From a virus (lineage: Duplodnaviria > Caudoviricetes), in IMG/VR virus record IMGVR_UViG_3300021560_000015, positions 1 through 64,000 of that record: DNA of 64,000 nucleotides, one strand, 5' to 3'. The first letter of the stretch is position 1. Each line of letters opens with the position of its first letter. Of this stretch, positions 1 to 8,757 are shown in pieces. The notes under the pieces were generated by a model. The model saw only the letters and a program-made list of their open reading frames with translations, did no database searches and had not been told where the DNA came from. A program made the position numbers and the translations under genes.

Positions 1-533
1 AGCGGGTCAACCGCCGGCCGTACCCGGTGATGATCGGGGCCTTCAACCGGGAATTACGGCACTATCGCATCCACAATGGCGGGGCCTATCACGACTCCAC
101 CGGGCTGGGTGACGTGGTGGACGATTACGTGGACATCCGGGCCAGGGGCTTCACGATGACCGTGGAGAAGCGCTCGAAGATGCTGAACAACTTCGTGAAC
201 GCGGTGGAGAAGGACACCTGGCAGATCCCGCAGATCCCCTCGGCCTATCGCGAGATGCTCTACTGCCGGGTCGGTGACCTGTACGCGCGGGATGCGCCAC
301 GGCCTACCGACAAGGAGGACGAGTTCCACCTGCCGGATACCGTGTGTGCGGCAGCGTTGGCCGAGTATGCAGCCAACCGGATGCCTCCGCTGGTCGCCCC
401 ACAGACCGTCGAGGGCAAGGGCGAGCCGCTCGGTCAGCGCTTCGCCAACAAGGAAAGCGACGAGCCGCGCAAGAGTTTCGCCGACCTCCAGCCACCGCCG
501 GACACCATCAGCCTGGTGGTGGGAGGCCTGTAG
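1..533 (+). CDS. Terminase large subunit, C-terminal part (5' truncated)
   Basis: Frame is open from the window start; lies directly upstream of the portal; DEFHLPDTVCAAALA resembles the terminase nuclease C-terminal acidic motif. Confidence 0.6.
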   Translation, partial: RVNRRPYPVMIGAFNRELRHYRIHNGGAYHDSTGLGDVVDDYVDIRARGFTMTVEKRSKMLNNFVNAVEKDTWQIPQIPSAYREMLYCRVGDLYARDAPRPTDKEDEFHLPDTVCAAALAEYAANRMPPLVAPQTVEGKGEPLGQRFANKESDEPRKSFADLQPPPDTISLVVGGL

Positions 534-563
534 ACGGGCTGCGCACCCCCTGATGCTTGAGGT
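533..563 (+). promoter_or_regulatory. Putative late promoter, leaderless, for portal
   Basis: GACGGGCTGCGC-ACCCCCT-GATGCT-6 nt-GTG; 23 bp (531-553) identical to 10938-10960. Confidence 0.7.
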
Positions 564-2492
564 GTGACGCGCCCGCCGTACTCCGTCGATGCGATGACCG
601 GCGTGCTCGACTCGAGCCCCGGCGACGATCTCGTTCCGTACCCGATCAGCATGGAGATCGGCCGTGCCGGCCTACGCCGCACCGGCGGCTACGTCGACGA
701 CGAGTTCCTCCCGCAACTTCGGGCCCGCAAGGCCGTCAAGGTCTATCGGGAGATGCTGGACAACTCAGCCACTCTCGGCGGGTTCATGAACGCGGTGACG
801 CTGCTGTTGCGCCAGATCGAGTGGCGGGTCGAGGCGGCCAGCGACACCACCCCGCAGGCCCAGGCCGATGCCGACTTCCTGCAGTCCTGCATGGACGACA
901 TGGAGAACACCTGGGGCGACACGGTCCTCGAGATCGCCAGCTTCATCCCCTATGGCTGGAGCCTGCACGAGCCGGTCTACAAGATCCGGGGTGGGCCCTG
1001 GGAGCGTGACCCGAAGAAGAAGTCCAAGTACACCGATGGCGCGATGGGCTGGCAGAAGATCCCCGGTCGAGCCCAGGAGACGATGCTGCGCTGGAAGTTC
1101 ACCGAGACCGACGAGGTCGAGGCGATGATCCAGATGGCACCGCCTCGGTACGAGAAACGCGTACTGGACATGGAGCGGATGCTGCTGTTCCGCACCCGCC
1201 CGGACCGCTCCAACCCGGAGGGCCGCTCGGTCTTTCGCAACGCCTACAGCTCCTGGTGGAACCTCAAGCGGCTGGAAGAGATCGAGCTGATCGGTGCCGA
1301 GCGCGATCTGGCCGGTATGCCGGTGGCCAAGGTGCCAGCAAAGATCCTCGCAGCCAAGCCCGGCACCCCTGACTACGAGATGTTGCAAGCAGTCCGCACC
1401 TTGGTCACCAAAACCCGGCGCAACGAGCACGACGGCATCGTCTGGCCCTTCGACGTGGACCCGGACACCAAGCAGCCGGAGTACATGTTCGAGCTGATGA
1501 CCTCCGGCGGCAGCCGGCAGTTCGACCTCGAGGGCATCATCACCCGCTACCAGACCCAGATGCTGCAGTCCGTGCTGGCCGACTTCCTGCAGGTCGGACA
1601 CGAGAACGTCGGCAGCTACAACATGCACACCGACAAGCGCGGGCTGTTCCAGACCACCATCAACGCCTACGCCCAGATCATCGCGGACCAGTTCAACCGG
1701 CACGCCATCCCTCGGCTGTTCGCGCTGAATGGCAACAAGCCGCCCGAGCTGCCCAAGATCGTGCCCAACAACGTGGACCCGCCGGAGTTGTCCGAGCTCG
1801 GTGGCTTCATCCAGGTGCTCACCGCGGCCGGCTACCAGCTATTCCCGGACCCGGAGCTGGAGAAGTTCCTACGCGATGCTGCCCAGTTGCCGGCGCCCGA
1901 CCCGCAGGTCGAGGCGATGCGCGAGCAGGAGCAGCGTCAGCAGGCCATCATCGACCTGTCCAACCAGCAGCTGCAGATGGTCCAGGTGGAGCAGGCAGCC
2001 GCCCAGGGCCAGCTGGGGCTACAGCAGCAGGCGATGGACAACGAGGCCAGTGCTCAGCAGATCACCGCCGGGCCGGAGCAGGAACAAGGGCCGAGCGCCG
2101 ATGAGACCGCGCAGGCCGGCGAGAAGACCAAACAGTCCAAGCTCAAGACCGCCCAGGAGAAACAGAAGCTCTCGAACCTGAAGGCCAAGGGCAAGGAATC
2201 CAAGGCCAAGCCCAAGAAGAAGGTCAAGAAGTCGGACACCACCTCTGCATTCGGAGTTGACCACGGCGATATCAGCAAGGGCACGCTGAACGAGATGTCG
2301 TCCATGTTGGATGCCACCCGGCAGAAGTGGGCGCAGCGCCGGCAGGCTCAGGTTCAGTCGGGCCAGCAGCGTATTCAGAGCGATCGGCGCTCGGGCGCAT
2401 TCCAGGGCCTGCAGCAGAGGCTGGCCGACAGTGGCCAGGCCATCAAGCAGAAGCTGCAGCAGGATGTCCCACCACCACCGGAGAAGCCATGA
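564..2492 (+). CDS. Portal protein with Gln/Lys-rich C-terminal extension carrying an internal SAFGVDH tag
   Basis: Size, position after terminase, and DUF935/Mu gp29-like features (YGWSLHE, GRSVFRNAY, IITRYQTQMLQSVL, IIADQFNRHAIPRL). Confidence 0.85.
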   Translation: MTRPPYSVDAMTGVLDSSPGDDLVPYPISMEIGRAGLRRTGGYVDDEFLPQLRARKAVKVYREMLDNSATLGGFMNAVTLLLRQIEWRVEAASDTTPQAQADADFLQSCMDDMENTWGDTVLEIASFIPYGWSLHEPVYKIRGGPWERDPKKKSKYTDGAMGWQKIPGRAQETMLRWKFTETDEVEAMIQMAPPRYEKRVLDMERMLLFRTRPDRSNPEGRSVFRNAYSSWWNLKRLEEIELIGAERDLAGMPVAKVPAKILAAKPGTPDYEMLQAVRTLVTKTRRNEHDGIVWPFDVDPDTKQPEYMFELMTSGGSRQFDLEGIITRYQTQMLQSVLADFLQVGHENVGSYNMHTDKRGLFQTTINAYAQIIADQFNRHAIPRLFALNGNKPPELPKIVPNNVDPPELSELGGFIQVLTAAGYQLFPDPELEKFLRDAAQLPAPDPQVEAMREQEQRQQAIIDLSNQQLQMVQVEQAAAQGQLGLQQQAMDNEASAQQITAGPEQEQGPSADETAQAGEKTKQSKLKTAQEKQKLSNLKAKGKESKAKPKKKVKKSDTTSAFGVDHGDISKGTLNEMSSMLDATRQKWAQRRQAQVQSGQQRIQSDRRSGAFQGLQQRLADSGQAIKQKLQQDVPPPPEKP

Positions 2493-3172
2493 TCAGCGCC
2501 TTCGGGGTCGATCACAGCCTGATCGCCAAGACTGACGACAAGCAGGCCCGCTACTACCGCCGGCAGGCCAACACGCTGGGCGCGGTGAGTGTGGGATCCG
2601 CAGGACTGGCCGGTATCGCCGGCGGCATCGGGCTGCGCGAACACCATGGCCACGATCCGATGGGCTTCGCTCAGCCGCACAACTGGCGCACCACGGTGCC
2701 CAAACGTGAGCGGGCTCTCGAGTTGTCGCGGGTGGCCCACGAGCACGGCAAGCAGGTGCTGGAAGCCGGAGCGGCCAGCCTGGCCACCGGAGGATTGGCA
2801 GCCGCCTACAGGCGCAAGCAGCGCAAGGCACAGTTGACCAAGGCTGACCGACGCGATCGGAACCTGGATATCGCCACCATGGGGGCCGGTACTGCGGCAG
2901 TGGGCGGCAGTCTCTACGGCGCTCGCGGATACAACGAGCACGCCGATAAGGCCGGCAAGCGGGCCCTATCCGCCCATCGGCTGCTTCGTGGAGACACCGG
3001 TGGCCACCACGTCCGAGAGCTGGAGCACGCCTGGCACAACCGCCGGACCGGTGCTCGGGTCTGGGCGCTGAAGAAGCCAGGCTCGGCAGCGGTAGTCGGA
3101 ATGGGCGCGCTCGGCGGGGCAGCTGCGATCGGGGCTGGCCGGCACCTCTACCAGGGGAGGCAGCAGTCATGA
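2489..3172 (+). CDS. Tagged basic Gly/Ala-rich putative capsid-internal protein
   Basis: ATGA overlap with portal stop; starts MISAFGVDHSLIAK; paralog of 3169-3954 (shared GHDPMGFA, TKADR, KKP..A..G). Confidence 0.75.
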   Translation: MISAFGVDHSLIAKTDDKQARYYRRQANTLGAVSVGSAGLAGIAGGIGLREHHGHDPMGFAQPHNWRTTVPKRERALELSRVAHEHGKQVLEAGAASLATGGLAAAYRRKQRKAQLTKADRRDRNLDIATMGAGTAAVGGSLYGARGYNEHADKAGKRALSAHRLLRGDTGGHHVRELEHAWHNRRTGARVWALKKPGSAAVVGMGALGGAAAIGAGRHLYQGRQQS

Positions 3173-3954
3173 TCAGCGCTTTCGGCGTCGACCACGCCCT
3201 CATCGCCAAGTCGACCCAGAAGGAGCAGGAGCAGCACTACGGCCGGATGGCGGGGATCATGGGCGCGACCGGAGTGGGAGCCGGCGGGATCGCGACGGGG
3301 TCCGGGATCATCGCGCACCTGGAGCGTAAGGGCCACGACCCGATGGGCTTCGCGGAAGAGGGCTCCATCGGCAAGGTGCCGAAGGCGAAGGAGCGCGCGG
3401 CGATCCTGGCCGAGAACATGGAGGGCCACAAGTGGCAGGCCAAGGTCGGCAGCCGGATGGCAGCCGGGGCCCTCGGATTGGCCGGCGCCTACAAGGGCAA
3501 GCAGCTCTACACCCGACGCCAGGCCCGTAGGCAGCAACAGGTGCCGGTGACCAAGGCGGACAGAAAGCAGTGGCGTCATCGCGGTGATGTGGCCAGCAAT
3601 GTCGGGCTGGACACGGCCAGCGCGGGTCTTGCCGGGGCCGGGCTGGTCGGTGGCATGAAGATGAGCCACGTGATGAACCAGGGTGCCAACGAGCGCATCG
3701 AGGAGGGGCGCTTGGCGCACCACGCGCTCGCCGCGCGCAAGTTGGGCGAGAAGATCCAAGGCGAAGGTGCCGGCGAGGAATGGCTGCCCCATGAGGGTGT
3801 GACACTCGCCCGGCAACAGCGCAAGGTTGCGATGCGGGTGGGTGCGGTGAAGAAGCCGGCCGCTATCGCCCTCGGTGGCATCTCCGCACTCGGTGGTGCC
3901 GGGCTGTATGAGGTAGGTCGGCATGCTGCGGCCAGCAGGAAGAAGCAGTCATGA
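3169..3954 (+). CDS. Tagged basic Gly/Ala-rich putative capsid-internal protein (paralog of previous gene)
   Basis: Starts MISAFGVDHALIAK; two-module structure; ATGA coupling. Confidence 0.75.
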   Translation: MISAFGVDHALIAKSTQKEQEQHYGRMAGIMGATGVGAGGIATGSGIIAHLERKGHDPMGFAEEGSIGKVPKAKERAAILAENMEGHKWQAKVGSRMAAGALGLAGAYKGKQLYTRRQARRQQQVPVTKADRKQWRHRGDVASNVGLDTASAGLAGAGLVGGMKMSHVMNQGANERIEEGRLAHHALAARKLGEKIQGEGAGEEWLPHEGVTLARQQRKVAMRVGAVKKPAAIALGGISALGGAGLYEVGRHAAASRKKQS

Positions 3955-4763
3955 CCAACGCCTTCGGCATCGAGCACTCGCCCATCGTCAAGGTGGATCT
4001 CCCGCCGGGGTTCCCGAAGAACATCGAGCGGGTGGGCATCAAGGCGGCCTACAAGGCCGGTCGGCAGGCCCGTGCCGCGATCGACGCCAAGCAGGCCGAC
4101 ATGGGTGCCTCAGAGTTCCGGGCCGCGAAGAAGGAGGCAGGTGCCTTCGGCAATGCAGCCGAGGGGCCTAGCCCGAGTTTCGCAGAACGGGCCGCCCAGC
4201 ACGTCGGCTTCCACCGCAACGCCTACATGGTGGGCGCGGGCGCGACCAAGGAAGGCATCGCGGTAGGCGCCGGAATCTCGGCCTACAACCAACGCAAGAA
4301 GCGCAAGGCGATGGAAGCGGCGGGCTACCAGCCCCCACCGGACACCAGCATGGCGCCGGTGGTCGGCGCACTCACGAAGGGGATGGACATGATCAGCGCA
4401 TTCGGTATCGAGCACGGGCCGATCAGCAAGGCTGACCAGCCAGCTCCGCCCAACGCTCAGCCCCGCCGCGCTTCTGGTGGCCGGGTCGCGACCACCTACT
4501 TCCTGCCGGGCATCCACGGCGCGGTCGCCGCCAAGCCGGGCCGCAAGCTGCGGCAGACAGGCAGCGAGGTCGGCCATGTTGCAGGTGGCGGCATCCTCGG
4601 TGGGATCGCCGGCTCCGTGCCAGGTGCGATCATGCACAATCCCAAGGTTGCCGAGGCAGGCTCCGCATTGGGTCAGATTGGCGGCGGTATCTACGGCGCC
4701 AAGCGCAGTGCGGACATCGGCACGGCTCGCGGTCGCTTCCCCGCACAGCGGCCTCAGAGCTAG
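3951..4763 (+). CDS. Double-tagged putative capsid-internal protein
   Basis: Starts MTNAFGIEHSPIVK; second in-frame MISAFGIEHGPISK at 4389. Confidence 0.75.
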   Translation: MTNAFGIEHSPIVKVDLPPGFPKNIERVGIKAAYKAGRQARAAIDAKQADMGASEFRAAKKEAGAFGNAAEGPSPSFAERAAQHVGFHRNAYMVGAGATKEGIAVGAGISAYNQRKKRKAMEAAGYQPPPDTSMAPVVGALTKGMDMISAFGIEHGPISKADQPAPPNAQPRRASGGRVATTYFLPGIHGAVAAKPGRKLRQTGSEVGHVAGGGILGGIAGSVPGAIMHNPKVAEAGSALGQIGGGIYGAKRSADIGTARGRFPAQRPQS

Positions 4764-5236
4764 TGATCAGCGCCTTCGGGGTTGAGCACAGCGAGATCAG
4801 CAAGCTCTCGCTGCGCCGGTACTACCACGCCTCGACGGCGACCCTGAAGGCTGGCGATAAGATCAAGCCGGCGGCAGCTATCGGCTTCGACCCCCAGCAC
4901 CCACCGGCGGAGGCGTGGCGTGGCACCCGAGTCTGGATGGGTAACCGCAAGAAGGTTGCTCGCGATTGGGTCGGCCGGGATGCACATGTCTATCGGGTCA
5001 AGCCGTCCAAGGACGTATCCGCGCATACGCCGAATGCCTATGACCGCAAGGCCTTCCAGGACGTGATGTTCATGCCCAAGAAGCGGCGTCGCGCCGAGGG
5101 CCAGTACCACGCGGGTGAGGCCGAGATAATGGCAACCCATCGTGGTCTCAAGCGTGCTGCCGCAGGGACTGTTGTCGGCGGGGGCGCAGCCGGCGGCACT
5201 GCCGGTGTCATTCACCACCGAAGGAAGTCCCAATGA
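4763..5236 (+). CDS. Tagged protein with Arr-like ADP-ribosyltransferase fold
   Basis: ISAFGVEHSEISK tag, then YYHAST..LKAGDKIKP...VWMG...VYRVKP, resembling the Arr pattern FHGT.ADL..GDL...YF...VY.VEP. Confidence 0.6.
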   Translation: MISAFGVEHSEISKLSLRRYYHASTATLKAGDKIKPAAAIGFDPQHPPAEAWRGTRVWMGNRKKVARDWVGRDAHVYRVKPSKDVSAHTPNAYDRKAFQDVMFMPKKRRRAEGQYHAGEAEIMATHRGLKRAAAGTVVGGGAAGGTAGVIHHRRKSQ

Positions 5237-8200
5237 CCGCCACCGTGCGCTGGCCGACTGAACCAGGGTTCAACCGAGCTGCGGCTGATGTCGTCTACAA
5301 GGCGATGATGGAGCTGGACGACGATTCAGCCCTCATGTTCGGCCGGATCCTGGTGCTCGAGGGAGTGCGCCAGGATCTGGCTGGCTACAGCGAGCCGATC
5401 GCCAAGATGCTGGATGAGCAGGCCCGCGCCCGGACCACACTGCTGAAGAAGCGATTGGCCCGCACCGTGATCGCAAAATCACGGCGCGGTGAAGACAATG
5501 TCCCCGAATTGGCGATGCTGGCAAACCTGAGCAAGGACTACGACCAGGAGGAGGCACGGGACTGGCGCGGTCGTTGGGCCACCCATGAAGGGCGTCGGTT
5601 CGTCGACCACACCCCGGTGAACACGATGTCCGGCTATGAGCCGATGAAGAACAAGCACTCCATAAACATGGGCATCCCGCTCCTGCCAAAAGAGGACAAC
5701 AAGAAGAACAAGATCGACTGGAGCGACGAGGACAAGGCGCACTACCAGCAGGCTTACGCACAGATCGCTCAGCTGGTTGCGCCCTACCGGCGGGCCGGCA
5801 ACCAAGCGCTGCTGCATCTGCATGTCGCGGACAACAACGGAGTAGTCCGGGAAGAGGTCGTCAAGGTCCCGGCCACGGTGACCGACAAGAAGGGCGATAT
5901 CAGCCTGCATATCGCCCGCGATCTGCATCCAGAGGACCGAATCGTAGGTGCCTCGGTGTCCACTTCCCCCACCATCTCCGCCTCCGGAGCGGCTTATGAC
6001 GTGTTCGCCGCAGCCGGCGCACCGCGGCTCGGCGGTGCAGTAGCCGGCGGCATGCAGCGTGGTGGCCTGCTGCACCCGAAGGGGATGGCAACCTACCGGG
6101 AGAAACTGGATGCGGCCTACAACGAGCAGCAGACCCCGGAGGGCCGGGCCTTCGCCCGGCTAGGTGCCTCCAGCGAGATGCTGCGCACCACCCTGGGGCC
6201 GGCCGCACCACCCAAGGCACAGATGGCGCTGCTGGTCGGGGAGCACCTGGGCAAGTACGGGCCGGAGGCGCAGAAGGTGATTGGGCCGGCTGCCGATCGA
6301 GCGGCCTATCGCTACCGCGGCACCGAGCGCAAGGTCGACCCAGAGCTGGGCCGGATGGTGGAGCGCATCAAGACGGATGTGCCAGTGGTCACCCGTAACG
6401 GCACCCCGGACCGAGATGCCACCATTGCTGCCCGCCGCGAGGCACTGATCCACGGCTTCGAGGACGAGCCGACCAGGATCGGTCAGCAGCCCATGGATCA
6501 GGCCTGGACCCCTTCGCGGCTGCTGGAGTACTACGGGCCGGGTGGCAAGGTGCTGCCCAAGTCCGATCTGAACACCCTGCAGCGCAAGGCCGGCAACATC
6601 CCGCCTAGCCAGGGCGTGATCATCGACGACAAAGGCAACCTGGCCGTGCAGGCGGCTGGCTTCGGGGATGACTGGTACCTGCCGTTCAACCTGAAGAACC
6701 TCAAGGCACTCAAGGGTGGCGAGTACGTGCGCACCCGCACCTTCGGCGGGCTGACCACCGAGGATGTCTACGCCGGGCTGATGTCTGGTGCCCGGTCGAT
6801 GACCGTGGTCAGTCACTCTGGGGTGTTCACCATGGAGTTCGACCCCACGCTGCGCGGCGGCCGGCGCTTCAACGACAAGGCACTGGCGATGACCGGCCGC
6901 TATGGCCATCTGCTGGATGCCGTGCAGAGCCGGGATGTAGCCGGCAACATCCACCCCTCGCGGATGCAGGAGATCCGGGACAAGGCGGCCACGATGGCCG
7001 ACCCGGTGGAGGACAAGGAGGAGTACGACAAGGAAGTCGAGCGGCTGAAGAAGAAGGAGATGATCAACCCGACTCTCTCCGAGCAGCAGAAGAACGAGGC
7101 GGCGCTGGATTTCCTGCAGGATCAGGCGAGCAAGAACCCCGATCTCAATGCGGACACTCCCGAGCAGCTGGCCCGCAACGTGCTCGAGAGGCAGGCGGCA
7201 AAGGGCTTCGCCGCACATGTGGCCGGGGCCAAGCAGCTGGGTGTCGAACCGGTGCGCGACCTGGACTTCTACCGCCGGCAGGCGGTCAGCTCGCTGGCCT
7301 CGGATGACCCGCAGGTTGTCGCGGAGAACGTGGCCGGCGTGCTGGGCAAGGAGAACGCCTACAAAGCCTGGATGGACCGGGCCGCGCAGGACAATAAGAT
7401 CAACCTGACGCCGCTGCAACTGGACGCGAACGGCTACCGGCTGGCCCAGGATGCACTGAAGGAGCAGTTCCCCTACTACATCGCCCGCACCGACTTCCAC
7501 CGCTGGAACAACGCCAACGCCAGCCATGACACCGGCTACGTGATGCCCAAGCACAACCGGCCGGCCGAGGTGCTCTCCGGCTACTACAACCCGCAGATCG
7601 AGGGGCATAAGGGCAAGGGCACCGGCGAGGTCAGCGGCAAGGAGTCGGGCAAGTACCGGGCTAGCTCCACCCGCTTCCAGAACTACCCGGTGCGGCAGGG
7701 CAAGCTCGAGTTCACCGGGGAGAAGCCGGAGAAGAAGACCGGCGACACCGAGTCCAAGGTGGGTGGCGGTAAGTCCGGCAAGATCTCCGAGGCCGATGCC
7801 GAACAGCTGCGTGACGATGTCACCCGGCGGGCCGCACATCACCTGCTGGACCAGACGGAGTTTGCCCCAGGTGCCGAATTCCAGAACCAGAAGAAGGGCA
7901 CCGATCTCTCGGCGTTCACTCCGATGGAGGCCATCACCGACTCCCAGACTCCCGCAGAGAGCGTGGGCAAGGAGTTGAAGGAGCTGTTCGTCAACAACAA
8001 GAACAGCCGCGACTGGATCGACGAACAGCTGGCCGACCCGGTCAAGGCCAAGCGGCTGCACACCATGGTGCTGGCTGCCTATGGCCAGGCGCAGCGCAAC
8101 AAGGACAAGCCGCTGTTCAACCTGGACCAGAAGCTGTTCGAGGAGCTCAAGCGGGCCGGCAAACCGGCGCAGGAGAAGGAGCCGGAGAAGGACACCTCGA

Positions 8201-8757
8201 AGATCCTGCGGGACATCAACACCGACTATGCATGGGGCAGCAAGTACTCCAGCACGAAGACGCACACCGCGGAGTCGCTGGAACAGACCTATGCCGCCGA
8301 CCCGAAGATCAAGGCACTGGTCAAGGCAAAGTTGCTGCCTGAGCAGCTGGCCATCGAGAACAAGGAGTTCGAGACCGCAGCTCAGAAGCTGGGGGTCGAT
8401 CTGGGCAAGCAGCAGAGCCTGCACATCCGCACCCTGGACACTCCGGGCAAGGCGAAGCGCGGCAAGTGGATCAACGATCAGGCGGTCGGGCTGCACCGGG
8501 CCAAGCAGTTGCGCCGGCGTTTCGACCGATCCGTGGAGGTCAAGGCCGAAGAGGATGCGATGGCCGCTGCTCAGGCCGCCGCAGCTGCAGCCGAGCAACC
8601 GCAGGTCTCGATCCGGAACGCGGCCGGCATGGTGATGGGCCCCAAGGCGCCCGGTGAAAGCGATGAGGACTGGATTGCCCGTCATGAGGAGGCCTGGCGC
8701 AGGGTCAACGGTGGCAATGGCGGCAGCACTGAGCCGCCGCTCGAACTCGGGCCATGA
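5233..8757 (+). CDS. Large putative virion-internal polyvalent protein (RDxxGRW motif, degenerate JAB-like segment)
   Basis: 1174-aa ORF with coupled start/stop; LSKDYDQEEARDWRGRWA near N-terminus. Confidence 0.65.
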   Translation: MTATVRWPTEPGFNRAAADVVYKAMMELDDDSALMFGRILVLEGVRQDLAGYSEPIAKMLDEQARARTTLLKKRLARTVIAKSRRGEDNVPELAMLANLSKDYDQEEARDWRGRWATHEGRRFVDHTPVNTMSGYEPMKNKHSINMGIPLLPKEDNKKNKIDWSDEDKAHYQQAYAQIAQLVAPYRRAGNQALLHLHVADNNGVVREEVVKVPATVTDKKGDISLHIARDLHPEDRIVGASVSTSPTISASGAAYDVFAAAGAPRLGGAVAGGMQRGGLLHPKGMATYREKLDAAYNEQQTPEGRAFARLGASSEMLRTTLGPAAPPKAQMALLVGEHLGKYGPEAQKVIGPAADRAAYRYRGTERKVDPELGRMVERIKTDVPVVTRNGTPDRDATIAARREALIHGFEDEPTRIGQQPMDQAWTPSRLLEYYGPGGKVLPKSDLNTLQRKAGNIPPSQGVIIDDKGNLAVQAAGFGDDWYLPFNLKNLKALKGGEYVRTRTFGGLTTEDVYAGLMSGARSMTVVSHSGVFTMEFDPTLRGGRRFNDKALAMTGRYGHLLDAVQSRDVAGNIHPSRMQEIRDKAATMADPVEDKEEYDKEVERLKKKEMINPTLSEQQKNEAALDFLQDQASKNPDLNADTPEQLARNVLERQAAKGFAAHVAGAKQLGVEPVRDLDFYRRQAVSSLASDDPQVVAENVAGVLGKENAYKAWMDRAAQDNKINLTPLQLDANGYRLAQDALKEQFPYYIARTDFHRWNNANASHDTGYVMPKHNRPAEVLSGYYNPQIEGHKGKGTGEVSGKESGKYRASSTRFQNYPVRQGKLEFTGEKPEKKTGDTESKVGGGKSGKISEADAEQLRDDVTRRAAHHLLDQTEFAPGAEFQNQKKGTDLSAFTPMEAITDSQTPAESVGKELKELFVNNKNSRDWIDEQLADPVKAKRLHTMVLAAYGQAQRNKDKPLFNLDQKLFEELKRAGKPAQEKEPEKDTSKILRDINTDYAWGSKYSSTKTHTAESLEQTYAADPKIKALVKAKLLPEQLAIENKEFETAAQKLGVDLGKQQSLHIRTLDTPGKAKRGKWINDQAVGLHRAKQLRRRFDRSVEVKAEEDAMAAAQAAAAAAEQPQVSIRNAAGMVMGPKAPGESDEDWIARHEEAWRRVNGGNGGSTEPPLELGP

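Noticed and set aside
4763-5236. Antibiotic-resistance gene (arr) call
   Set aside because: Similarity is at motif level only, the Arr C-terminal motifs are not evident, and the context is virion cargo; no gene symbol assigned.
6160-8685. 841-aa minus-strand ORF and many other long antisense or alternate-frame ORFs
   Set aside because: Shadows of real genes caused by stop-poor high-GC codon usage; no RBS, no recognisable motifs, fully overlapping better-supported ORFs.
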